From IMG/VR virus record IMGVR_UViG_3300005805_000044: a stretch of DNA of 64,000 bases. One strand, given 5' to 3'. The notes below the pieces were generated by a model. It was not told where the DNA came from and did no database searches. It worked only from the letters and a program-made list of their open reading frames with translations. The translations under genes and the position numbers were made by a program. Each line of letters starts with the position of its first letter. Position 1 is the first letter of the stretch. This DNA is from a virus. This document shows, one piece after another, positions 28,738 to 38,200 of the stretch.

Positions 28738-29436
28738 TTATTTTCTTATTAATATACCAATACCCAAGAAGTCACCAGACCACTCTTTCAATTCATTTGG
28801 ATATTGTTGCGCAAACTCAATATACTCAAATCGTGGATCATTCTTTATTTCATTCCATAATTTAATAACACCTAGACCACCATGTGAAATATCATGAAAG
28901 ACAATATATTTGGTATTTGGGTTATTTTCAAAAAGTCTAAAATCGTAAGAACATCCTTCATAATCATGGTTACCATCTATAAAAACCATCTCAATATTAT
29001 TATTATCTACGAATGTTTTAAACTCCGGTGAATCACTACGCATGTGTAAATACGTATAGTCTGTATAATTGTCATATATTCCCAATATATCAGACTTTGG
29101 CATCAAATCACAAGCATATAACTTTATGTTAGGGTTGTGTTTCATCAACACTTCGGATATTAAAATAAAATTACCTCCCCAACGAACTCCAATTTCACAG
29201 TAAGATTTAACGTTTAATGTTTGTAACCATTTTATGTATGGCGCCAATTGAATTGGATATTGCCACATCTTGATACCTTTACCAAAATATTCACTAAGAG
29301 TATTTGGCATTTCACCAAGGGCTTCATCGTTCATTCCAAACGTGGGAATCAAATTTATTAGTTCGTCAATAGACAATTTATCAAATTTGTCGCCACCAAT
29401 AACATTAATAGTATCTTCCAACGATATAACAGGCAT
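28738..29436 (-). CDS. Class I SAM-dependent methyltransferase (Methyltransf_24-like)
   Basis: YCEIGVRWGG, VFIDGNHDY, IVFHDI. Confidence 0.8.
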   Translation of the reverse strand: MPVISLEDTINVIGGDKFDKLSIDELINLIPTFGMNDEALGEMPNTLSEYFGKGIKMWQYPIQLAPYIKWLQTLNVKSYCEIGVRWGGNFILISEVLMKHNPNIKLYACDLMPKSDILGIYDNYTDYTYLHMRSDSPEFKTFVDNNNIEMVFIDGNHDYEGCSYDFRLFENNPNTKYIVFHDISHGGLGVIKLWNEIKNDPRFEYIEFAQQYPNELKEWSGDFLGIGILIRK

Positions 29437-29441
29437 ACAAC

Positions 29442-30041
29442 TTATAGTTCAGAAATAATATTATGAATAATTCTCTCTATATTGTTATATGGGTTAATAA
29501 TTTTATTTTCTACGCTTTCATTGATTTTACCTTGTGGATACATGAAAGCTCCTTGTGTAGAAGGATTACTTACAAAATCAAATGCGATCAAGTCAAAATC
29601 ATCTTGAACAACATCCGCACCTTCTCTCATATCCTTTTTAACACTGCCCAATCCACGACTACTGATGCCCAAAAGAATACCAGCTTTTAATAAATCTTTC
29701 AAAATATTACCACTTGGGGTTGGCAATATTTCTACGGTTCCTACCAAGTCGTCACCATCCCAACCCATATCTACAATGTTATGACTAACATTCTTTAAGT
29801 TAACGACGCTACTTTCTGGATGATCTAACTCACCCATTGCACGACGTTGTTTAACAAAATTATCCATATACTTTGTTGCTTCACGTTCCAAAATAGTCTT
29901 AGGATAAACACGACCGTTTTGGTTTTTTGCATCTGCACGTTGTAAAGTGCCGGTCACAAGTAGTTTACCATTGTTCAACGACTCATTGAGTGATGTTTTT
30001 TTAAATTCAAATGGTAATACGTCAATTAATACTGTTTTCAT
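29442..30041 (-). CDS. Prohead protease (T4 gp21-like)
   Basis: KNQNGRVYP, GELDHP, VSH, LPTPSG, GISSRGLGS, DFVSNPS. Confidence 0.95.
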   Translation of the reverse strand: MKTVLIDVLPFEFKKTSLNESLNNGKLLVTGTLQRADAKNQNGRVYPKTILEREATKYMDNFVKQRRAMGELDHPESSVVNLKNVSHNIVDMGWDGDDLVGTVEILPTPSGNILKDLLKAGILLGISSRGLGSVKKDMREGADVVQDDFDLIAFDFVSNPSTQGAFMYPQGKINESVENKIINPYNNIERIIHNIISEL

Positions 30042-30042
30042 A

Positions 30043-31173
30043 TTATGCTGATGGTTGTTGTGGTGCTGGTTGGGCAGGTTCTTCTGGTTTAGCCGGTGCT
30101 GGTTGTTCCTTTGAAGTTACAACGTTTGATGCACCTGCGGATGTTTGTTTGGAAGGATCAACCAAAGCTTGTGATTTAGCAATTTGATATTTGTCTTTTT
30201 GCTTAATATCCGCTGGTCCTAAAATTTTTATCTTAAAACCTGGTTTTACAAAAAACTTTGCGGTCTTTTGTTTGTTTTCTTCACGACCAATTATGATAAT
30301 AACATATCTATCATAATAATAATCAATTTGAACACCAGTTACATTGATTGTGTAATCTGTTTCTGGTTGTTTATATCCTTTACTAGCACGAACCACAATC
30401 TTTTTATTTAAAATTTGATCTTGAATCTTCTTTTGAAGTTCCAATTTTGACTTCTCAGTAGTATTTTTTAACTTGGTATCAAAATTAGTAAAATCAGGTT
30501 GAATATCATATGATTGAACATTGATTGTTGGTGCTGAAGGTTTTTGTTGTGTTGGCTGCGCAGCTGGTTGTGGTTGTGAATTAGCAGGTGCTTCGTCCGC
30601 TTCTTTTGTCAAATATTTTGCTTTTTTATATCCTTCAATTATATTCAATGCTTTTTTAGAAATTTCTGTTGTAGGCATTATTGTTTGTTTATAACCAGCA
30701 AGACCAGGATCTAGTTCTGGGTCACCATGTTGAACCAATCCATTTTTATCTTTATAAGTTGCAACTGGTTCAATATTTTGTGCTGGAGTAATATATGCAG
30801 GTTCGCTATACATTTGATTTTCCAATTCAAGATCTTTATCTCTTTTAACTGGTTTTGCCAATTTAAATCCCAATTGAGTAGCAGCTCTTACATTGCCTGG
30901 TCCTCTTCTTGAAAAAGCAAATGGAGTCAAATATGCTCCAGCAGCACTACTTGTAGAAGCTCCTACATCTTCATTTTTCTTCTTAAGTTGAGCATCTACT
31001 TTTTTTTCAATCTCTTTACGAGCTGAAGAAGGCAGTTTTTCGGCGTGTGATTGAAGCCACGCATGATATTGTTCTTTATCAATACGAGCAAGTTCGCTAT
31101 CTCTATAAATTTGAGCGTATTTTTTTACAATATCTCTGAAGGGATCACCTGATTCTTTAAGAGGCTTTTTCAT
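30043..31173 (-). CDS. Hypothetical head-module protein
   Basis: Between portal and protease; AGAYLTPFAF; Pro/Gln-rich linkers. Confidence 0.55.
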   Translation of the reverse strand: MKKPLKESGDPFRDIVKKYAQIYRDSELARIDKEQYHAWLQSHAEKLPSSARKEIEKKVDAQLKKKNEDVGASTSSAAGAYLTPFAFSRRGPGNVRAATQLGFKLAKPVKRDKDLELENQMYSEPAYITPAQNIEPVATYKDKNGLVQHGDPELDPGLAGYKQTIMPTTEISKKALNIIEGYKKAKYLTKEADEAPANSQPQPAAQPTQQKPSAPTINVQSYDIQPDFTNFDTKLKNTTEKSKLELQKKIQDQILNKKIVVRASKGYKQPETDYTINVTGVQIDYYYDRYVIIIIGREENKQKTAKFFVKPGFKIKILGPADIKQKDKYQIAKSQALVDPSKQTSAGASNVVTSKEQPAPAKPEEPAQPAPQQPSA

Positions 31174-32029
31174 TGGCAAGTTTATTCAATTCTTCAATCA
31201 ATTCATAAGCGCTTAAAAGACTGGTCAAATGATTTTCTTTTACTACACCTGTGATTGTTTTATTTGAAAGTTGAGAAACAGTTTCGTTGAGTTTGATCTT
31301 AATAATATCACTCTTTACCAATATTGCTCTTTCCTTAAGAACATCTGCAACACGTTTATACTCTTTATTAACAAATTCAGTGAACTTGTTAGTATTTGAT
31401 ACGTTTGTAATATATTCTTTTAACAACGCTTTTTGCGAAGGCAACAAAGACGAATACTTTTTGTTGAAGTTTTCGATCAAGAACTTATATGCGAGTAACT
31501 TCACTTCGGCTGGTTGAGAACTATATACATCCAAAGCTTGTTCTTCGTTCTTTCTTTCCTTTGTTAAATTTTCTACTACAAATTCTCTTGCTTCTAAAAT
31601 TTCTTCAACATCAAACTTTACGTCATCTGAACTTTGATTTTCAAACAACTTATAAACAGAAGCATACAATTTATAATTTGGAATTTTATTTTTCAAAAAT
31701 TCATCAATGTTAAATTTTTCTTTGATCTCTTTTACTAAATTATATTTTTGGTTATTTAAATCACGTTCATTAATTTTAGAACGTGTTTGTAATACCACAT
31801 TCAAAATACGATCAGCAGACTCAGAATTTTTTGAAGATTGACCAATAATAAAATTATAAAGTTGAAACTCTTTTCCGAGCGCAGTTCCTTCGTTGAAGTA
31901 TTTGAACATCAAGTTCTTGGTGAATGACTCATCACGACCTGCCAAAATATCTGCGGTAATTTGTCGAGTTAGTAATTCAAACAATACTCCGCTATTCTTA
32001 AACTTCGAATGTTTAGCTTTCTTGCGCAT
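31157..32029 (-). CDS. Helical head-module protein
   Basis: KHSKFKNSGVLFELLTRQ; directly downstream of portal; motif at 32046-32053. Confidence 0.6.
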   Translation of the reverse strand: MRKKAKHSKFKNSGVLFELLTRQITADILAGRDESFTKNLMFKYFNEGTALGKEFQLYNFIIGQSSKNSESADRILNVVLQTRSKINERDLNNQKYNLVKEIKEKFNIDEFLKNKIPNYKLYASVYKLFENQSSDDVKFDVEEILEAREFVVENLTKERKNEEQALDVYSSQPAEVKLLAYKFLIENFNKKYSSLLPSQKALLKEYITNVSNTNKFTEFVNKEYKRVADVLKERAILVKSDIIKIKLNETVSQLSNKTITGVVKENHLTSLLSAYELIEELNKLANEKAS

Positions 32030-32085
32030 ATAGTTCTCTATTAATTATAAATATGTTAAAAAATTAAAAATCATCGGTATTTATA

Positions 32086-34056
32086 TCATTCTTTGAGATT
32101 TGTTTCATCCATATAAGACCCCGAGATGCCTTCTCTCAAAATTTCCTTTGATTTATCAATATTTTGTAAAATCGCACTCAACGAATCCATCGACTCTAAA
32201 GATAGTGGCGAACGTTTTTTATATTTATGACTTGGCGACAAATCTGGTTTACTATCCAACTCTAATGTGCCCAATGGATCCTCTCCAAAAGCATATTTTC
32301 TAGCTTTTTTCCTACCAGTTTGATCACGATCTCGTTCTTCTTCTTTTTTACGAGCAGCTTCTTCACGTTCATGCGCAGACATCTTTACCTTTTCAGTTAA
32401 TTTCGGAGCTTCTCCACCACCTGTTGGAGCAGCAGCGCCGGCTTCAGTGCCACCTCCTGTTTCTCCTCCACCTTCAGCACCTCCACCGGCGCCACTCTCT
32501 TCCCCACCTCCAGCGCCACCCTCTGAACCCCCACCTTCTCCACCTTCTTCAGCGCCTTTGGCTTTTAGGAAATTTAATGCGGGATCGTTGCCTTCTTCTT
32601 CAATTTGTTTGAAGCGATACATACCCTTAGCATCATCCACTAGTTGTTTTTGTAACACAATCATGTCTTGGTCACTCATACCAAACACTTTTTCATATAT
32701 CCACTTTTTACTAAACAACTTTTGCTCTTGCATGTCCTTACTGACTTCCACCTTACTCTTCCAAACATCAATCTTTTCTTTTTCAAATATTGTAGATGGA
32801 TTAGTCAATTCAAGACTAAAATCAACAAGTGAATCATCACGATAACCTTGACTATACAAATGAACCACAGCAATCTTATTTAACTCACTAACAATAATAC
32901 GTTGAACACGTTCAATTGTTCTTGAAAAGCGAATATCTTCGGCTGCTAGTGTTGCTTTACCACTTAGACTTTCATCATATCCCAAAAATGCTTTTGGAAT
33001 CTTAAGTGCTGCCATCATCTTATTACGAAGATACTCAATGTCATCTGTGCCAGTCCATTCAAGACCAGGCAAATTATCAATACTTGTTCCACTATCTCCA
33101 CCACGAACTGGCAAGAAAAAATCTTCAACCATGTTTTGCAGATTGAAACGAAGATTATAATCACCAGTTGCTTGATCCAAATATGGAGTTTTTTTCATTT
33201 GTTGAATAATACGTTCCATATGATTATCAACTTCATTTGGTGGAATATTACCGATATCAACTTTGAAAATACGTTTTTCTGGAGCACGCATAATACGATG
33301 AATTAACATTGCGTCTTCCATCAAACTCAATTGTTTCCATACACGACGAGCACCTTCCAACATACTCTTACCATATGGCAAGAAGTTACTATCACTCAAC
33401 AAACGAAAATGTGCCATTTGATAATTTTCAAGATCTTCAATTTTGTTACCATATGGAAGATTAACTTGAAATTTAACAAAGCTCTTATTTTGTAGATGAG
33501 CATTTTCTACACGGGTCACATAATATGAACTTAGAGGTTCTACCATGTATACACCATATTCTGGACTGATGTGTAATCTCAAATAAAAATCACCATACTT
33601 AACCATACTACGAGTCCAAGACCAAAGATTGAATTCGATGTTAAGAATGTCATAAAACAAATTATTTAATACACTCTTAATATCATCATTTGAGCTTTTA
33701 ACAGTAATGATCTCACCCAATTCATTTCGGGTTGTGCATTCGTCTGCATAAATGTCCAAAGCGGATGCCAAAATTGGATCCATATCCATTGTATCATAAT
33801 CTCTAAACAACTCTACACGGCTACTTTGATAACTTAAATTAAAGTCTCTGGTATATTGATTATAAGCAGTGGTTCTAAGACGATTAAAACGATCTCTTAG
33901 ACTATTACGATCTGTAGCATAAAAAATTTCATCCGTATCAATGACCTTGAGTTTTTTGCCACCTACGTTGCGAACAATTACGTCATTGCTGAAAAGTCTT
34001 TTCAGTCTTGCGTAAAGTGACCTATTTTTTAACTCTTGAAATGATTTGTCATCCAT
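32086..34056 (-). CDS. Portal protein (T4 gp20-like)
   Basis: QLSLMEDAMLIHRIMRAPEKRIFKVDIGN, EDFFLPVRG, DDIEYLRNKMMAALKIP. Confidence 0.95.
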   Translation of the reverse strand: MDDKSFQELKNRSLYARLKRLFSNDVIVRNVGGKKLKVIDTDEIFYATDRNSLRDRFNRLRTTAYNQYTRDFNLSYQSSRVELFRDYDTMDMDPILASALDIYADECTTRNELGEIITVKSSNDDIKSVLNNLFYDILNIEFNLWSWTRSMVKYGDFYLRLHISPEYGVYMVEPLSSYYVTRVENAHLQNKSFVKFQVNLPYGNKIEDLENYQMAHFRLLSDSNFLPYGKSMLEGARRVWKQLSLMEDAMLIHRIMRAPEKRIFKVDIGNIPPNEVDNHMERIIQQMKKTPYLDQATGDYNLRFNLQNMVEDFFLPVRGGDSGTSIDNLPGLEWTGTDDIEYLRNKMMAALKIPKAFLGYDESLSGKATLAAEDIRFSRTIERVQRIIVSELNKIAVVHLYSQGYRDDSLVDFSLELTNPSTIFEKEKIDVWKSKVEVSKDMQEQKLFSKKWIYEKVFGMSDQDMIVLQKQLVDDAKGMYRFKQIEEEGNDPALNFLKAKGAEEGGEGGGSEGGAGGGEESGAGGGAEGGGETGGGTEAGAAAPTGGGEAPKLTEKVKMSAHEREEAARKKEEERDRDQTGRKKARKYAFGEDPLGTLELDSKPDLSPSHKYKKRSPLSLESMDSLSAILQNIDKSKEILREGISGSYMDETNLKE

Positions 34057-34080
34057 ATAGTGCTATCTTATATATAAGTA

Positions 34081-35694
34081 TTACAACAACCAAGTTAGTG
34101 ATTCTTTTTTACCTGTTCCAGTCTGCCCATGACTTCCAGCATCAAATTTCCACGTTTCTTGAGGCGACTGTATGATTTTATATTGTGATGCTGGCCCGGG
34201 TGTTGTATTAGTTACTTTTTTTATTCCCCCCAGCATAGTTTTTGTATAAGCCATTTGTTCCGTTCTTAACTTTAATGCGGTCCCACGCACCCATAAACCA
34301 ATACTTAATGCCATTACTAAATCGTCATTATACCCTTTCATTGCTTCTGGCTTGGGTCCATTCCATATAAACACATTTAGCTCCTCGTAGAGTCTTATAG
34401 ACTTGATTACGACCGATTTGTCTCTAAAGCAAGACTCCATGTTACTGACCATCAAAGGTCTATTTTTGTTAGTTGTAGTAAATCCAGGCACCAATTTCTT
34501 GTCTTGAGTGTTCAGTTTATTGGTGTATGTATGTTCTACATCAACCACATTCAAATCTGGAGAACTGTAGAATGTATTTTTATAATCTCTATCAATGATT
34601 TGTTGAAGTGTTCCCCAACCAATATTATTATTTTCTACAATCAACAAAGCATTGTTATACTCGGTGGCAATAGATACCAACAGATTACCATAATCTTTGG
34701 TAGTTAGTTGACCTTTATACTCCGCAACTTGTTCTAGTGTTTCTACATCAAATATATGAAATGCACTATAGTCAGCGCCATCACCTCTAGCACAATCAGC
34801 AGTCACTATATAATTTTTGCTATAATCTGGTCGATCCCATATCCATAAATCTTGTGTTGCTCCTCTACGTTCGACCGGCTCTTTTATATGAGTTTGTTTA
34901 TAAAATTCAAGGGTATCAACACTAACAACTTGATTACCAGATGTAGAAAAGTCACAATCACATTCTTGTGCAGCACCCTTTACACCAGACAATTCTGTTT
35001 GTCTATCACGCCAAGCTTGATCACGTTCTGGATGTAAATACCAAGGCAATTTAATGGTATTAAACCCATTTTCACCAGCCTCAGCAGCAACCCAAGTTTT
35101 GTGAAAGAAGTTACCAACACCATTTGGAGTAGACAATAGAATAGCTCTACCACCAGTTGATAACGTATATTGAGCAGACAACCAGATTTCTTCAATGCCA
35201 TCAATGAATGCCGCTTCGTCAATGATTAGAAGTGACAAAGCAGCAGAACGGCCTGCAGTTCCAGCACTACTTACCGCCTTAATTTGTGATCCATTCTTTA
35301 ATCTTAAACTCAATCTGTTGTCTTCAATACACGGAACCTTTAACCATGTAGGAAGATTATCATTGGCAAATCTGACCTTGGTAACGATTTCTTTTGCCGT
35401 TTCTTGAGTAATACTGATGATCAAAATGTTTTTATCAGTATGAAATGTCATCAACCATAAACTATATGCCGCTGTCAGTGTAGAAATGCCCATCTGACGA
35501 CTTTTCAAAATGATGTTCAGATTTTTATCAACCAAATCTTGAAGAGCTTCTTCTTGAAAAGCATATAAATCAAAGTTACAAGTGCCTTTTACTGGATGTT
35601 GAATCTTTACATACTTCTTCATGAAGTATATTGGATTCTCAAGACACTTTTTATACTCCTGCTTTATTATTTCTCTTAGATTTTGCTGACTCAT
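34081..35694 (-). CDS. Terminase large subunit (T4 gp17-like)
   Basis: KSRQMGIST Walker A, IIDEAAF Walker B, STPNG, ADCARGDGADYS, NDDLVMA; likely start MSQQNLREII. Confidence 0.95.
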   Translation of the reverse strand: MSQQNLREIIKQEYKKCLENPIYFMKKYVKIQHPVKGTCNFDLYAFQEEALQDLVDKNLNIILKSRQMGISTLTAAYSLWLMTFHTDKNILIISITQETAKEIVTKVRFANDNLPTWLKVPCIEDNRLSLRLKNGSQIKAVSSAGTAGRSAALSLLIIDEAAFIDGIEEIWLSAQYTLSTGGRAILLSTPNGVGNFFHKTWVAAEAGENGFNTIKLPWYLHPERDQAWRDRQTELSGVKGAAQECDCDFSTSGNQVVSVDTLEFYKQTHIKEPVERRGATQDLWIWDRPDYSKNYIVTADCARGDGADYSAFHIFDVETLEQVAEYKGQLTTKDYGNLLVSIATEYNNALLIVENNNIGWGTLQQIIDRDYKNTFYSSPDLNVVDVEHTYTNKLNTQDKKLVPGFTTTNKNRPLMVSNMESCFRDKSVVIKSIRLYEELNVFIWNGPKPEAMKGYNDDLVMALSIGLWVRGTALKLRTEQMAYTKTMLGGIKKVTNTTPGPASQYKIIQSPQETWKFDAGSHGQTGTGKKESLTWLL

Positions 35695-36298
35695 ATTTTT
35701 GTTCCAGATCTGTGATAAACCCATCAATTTCAGCCAATCTGGCATTTACAACATCTAAATCTTTTATAACGTCCTCTTTTATCTTCAATAGACCATCTGA
35801 GTTTTCCCATTTCTCTATAGAACCATCTTCATTAATAAACTCAAGTGGTTTATTTTCATTGTTTTTACACCAATCAAGAGTTTCATCAAACTTCTTTTTA
35901 TAATCAATCAACAATGATTTTTCATTTTTAAGATCTCTAATTTTATCAAAATATTCCCAAGTTCCATCCATTTTCATTTGGGTTTCAATTTTGATAAAGC
36001 AATCATAACACAACTGAGTTTTTGGCCACACTTGATCATCTAAGTAATTACCCCATCTAACATCCGCATTACATTCCTTACATATTTTGGTGTTAATGAT
36101 TGTCGCCTTTCTTGGAACTCTACGTTTGGCGCCATTTTTCCATATCCATTTACGACCTTGGCTATCTTCCCATTCGTCACCTTCTTTACGTTTAGCATTA
36201 TCTAAATTTGAATCATACCCTACTTGAACGAATGGTCTATTACCGTCCAAGTAATCTTTAATAATTTCAAGATTACTCTTGCTTTGTGCTCTTTTCAT
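35651..36298 (-). CDS. Zn-finger/coiled-coil protein overlapping the terminase start
   Basis: CKEC...CYDC; overlaps the TerL start. Confidence 0.6.
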   Translation of the reverse strand: MKRAQSKSNLEIIKDYLDGNRPFVQVGYDSNLDNAKRKEGDEWEDSQGRKWIWKNGAKRRVPRKATIINTKICKECNADVRWGNYLDDQVWPKTQLCYDCFIKIETQMKMDGTWEYFDKIRDLKNEKSLLIDYKKKFDETLDWCKNNENKPLEFINEDGSIEKWENSDGLLKIKEDVIKDLDVVNARLAEIDGFITDLEQKYESAKSKRNNKAGV

Positions 36299-36316
36299 AA
36301 CAAATATGTATTTATT

Positions 36317-37369
36317 TTATTTACCAAAACCACTTTGTAGTCCCTTAATAATGAAACTACCAGTAATTTTATATGGTTTACTGTAAATACTTGGATCTCT
36401 CACAACTATACCTTCGTGCTTTTCAAGATCACCAATTTCACTTGTAGCATTCTTTAGTATTTCATCGCCAAGTTTAACAGTAGCAATATATACGATTGTA
36501 TCATTTATAACTTTATCTAAATCTTGTCCGTCAAAATCAGCAGCAATATTTTTACTATTGGATGCTTTTATAAATTGTTCACGGGTAATCAACGGTGTTT
36601 GAATTGTTACTGTGTTCAACCAGTCTTTCAAACTCTTTGTTACCGGAGTGCCATCTGGATATAGTGTTACTTTTTCACCAAGTGGCTTTGATAGATTTGG
36701 TTTTGTTTTAAATGTTGTATCTACACTACCCAACACTTTAAATCCATGTTTCTTTGCAACTACATTTAATTTATTGATATAACTTTGCATTGCTGCTTTG
36801 TCATATGATATTTCGGTAGCCGCACGTGACTTCACACTGCCGTCTTTACCAAATGTCTTGGGCTTGATTTCTTTTAATCCATGAATAGCAAGAAAGTTAC
36901 CTATATCACCATAACCCACAACGTTTGTTTGGCCTTCAACATATTCAACGTTCAACAGAATATTGGGATTATCTAATAAACCTAACTTCTTCAATTCTGA
37001 TTGTGTAGATGGTATTGCTTCATCAAAAATATTAATAACCTTAGAGCCAATTTTTACAAATCCATGTTCTTGTCCAGTTGTAGGATCTGGTTGAAATCTG
37101 CCAGGCAAATCTTCTGGCCTCATACCTTTAACATCGAATGCTTTGGCACTACCACGATCCATTACAAACTGACCATTCACCAAACGAATACTTGCGTTTA
37201 CGCCGTCAATCTTTACACTACCAGATCCCTTTTCTAAAGATTTTATTGTCTTGTTAAACACATCAACAAGTTGTTTACCATTAGAAGCAAAATCAAATGG
37301 ATGATCCATATGACCACCAGCACCACCTTCATTGATCACTTCAAACAAAATTCTACTAAGTTTAATCAT
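36317..37369 (-). CDS. ATP-dependent ligase-superfamily (RNA ligase-like) protein
   Basis: Motif I SVKIDG, motif IV HEGIVV, motif V KPYKITG; likely start MIKLSRILFE. Confidence 0.6.
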   Translation of the reverse strand: MIKLSRILFEVINEGGAGGHMDHPFDFASNGKQLVDVFNKTIKSLEKGSGSVKIDGVNASIRLVNGQFVMDRGSAKAFDVKGMRPEDLPGRFQPDPTTGQEHGFVKIGSKVINIFDEAIPSTQSELKKLGLLDNPNILLNVEYVEGQTNVVGYGDIGNFLAIHGLKEIKPKTFGKDGSVKSRAATEISYDKAAMQSYINKLNVVAKKHGFKVLGSVDTTFKTKPNLSKPLGEKVTLYPDGTPVTKSLKDWLNTVTIQTPLITREQFIKASNSKNIAADFDGQDLDKVINDTIVYIATVKLGDEILKNATSEIGDLEKHEGIVVRDPSIYSKPYKITGSFIIKGLQSGFGK

Positions 37370-37370
37370 A

Positions 37371-38126
37371 TTATTTAATAAATGTTTTTTCAAATATAGG
37401 AATTGCTTTTTTGTAAGAACTTTTAGTTTCATCCAGACTATTATTAGTAAATTGCCAATTCCAAAATAATTGGTCTGGTGTCTTAAATCCATAAAATTCT
37501 AATACACTTTTTTGTGTAGTGGTCACATCGGATCCATTCCAATTTTGTCCAACTGCAATAAATCCTGCATCAATATCTTTGACGATATTACTTTCTCCTA
37601 GTGTTGAATGTCTGTTCTCAATCCAAGTCAATCGTTCAATTAATTTCTGATAGTAACTATTTGCTTGGCCCCATCTTATACTTGCAAAAAATAATACACA
37701 ATCACTTTCAAATAGTTCTTTACTTATTTTCCATAATTCATCATTTTTGTTATTTATACTAGCCCAACAACGATGTTGACCTGTAGGATTTTTTTCTTTA
37801 TCTTTTAATGATGAATCTTTGGTGCCACAATGATTTCCCCATTTAGACGATACGTTACCCTCACACGGAAATATGTTTAACTTGGTTACATCAATTAACG
37901 TTACTTTATCTTTACCAAGTAATTCTTGTATCTTAATTGCTAATTGAGTGCTTTTTGGAACATCGTCTTTATGACCACTCCATCTATTACTAGTAGTCAA
38001 CAATAAAACTTTTTTCTTATCACGTAAATAATCAATTGTCTTTTTGTATTTACGTGCATACAAATCCATATCCTGTTCACTCACAGGCAATTTAGCTTCT
38101 AATAAAAGGTCTGAAAGACTAATCAT
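37371..38126 (-). CDS. Flavodoxin-fold NAD(P)H-dependent FMN reductase / iron-sulfur flavoprotein-like protein
   Basis: VLLLTTSNR...KST, NIFPCEG...CG...RCW, ESDCVLFFASIRWG...QKLIERL; likely start MISLSDLLLE directly after motif 38131-38138. Confidence 0.7.
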   Translation of the reverse strand: MISLSDLLLEAKLPVSEQDMDLYARKYKKTIDYLRDKKKVLLLTTSNRWSGHKDDVPKSTQLAIKIQELLGKDKVTLIDVTKLNIFPCEGNVSSKWGNHCGTKDSSLKDKEKNPTGQHRCWASINNKNDELWKISKELFESDCVLFFASIRWGQANSYYQKLIERLTWIENRHSTLGESNIVKDIDAGFIAVGQNWNGSDVTTTQKSVLEFYGFKTPDQLFWNWQFTNNSLDETKSSYKKAIPIFEKTFIK

Positions 38127-38150
38127 CACATATAAATATCTATACAAATG

Positions 38151-38182
38151 AAAAAACCCCGCCTTTTTACGGGCGGGGTTTT
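38151..38182 (-). terminator. Intrinsic terminator after tail sheath
   Basis: Minus strand AAAACCCCGCC-loop-GGCGGGGTTTTTT. Confidence 0.9.
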
Positions 38183-38200
38183 GATTTATTCTATTTCAGA

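Noticed and set aside
32424-32845. Pro-rich plus-strand ORFs
   Set aside because: Antisense shadow of the Gly/Glu-rich portal C-terminal linker
35695-38147. ORF-track N-terminal extensions (35745, 37492, 38147; likewise 27118 and 23324)
   Set aside because: They overlap neighbouring genes or upstream motifs; downstream ATGs fit the motif and SD positions better
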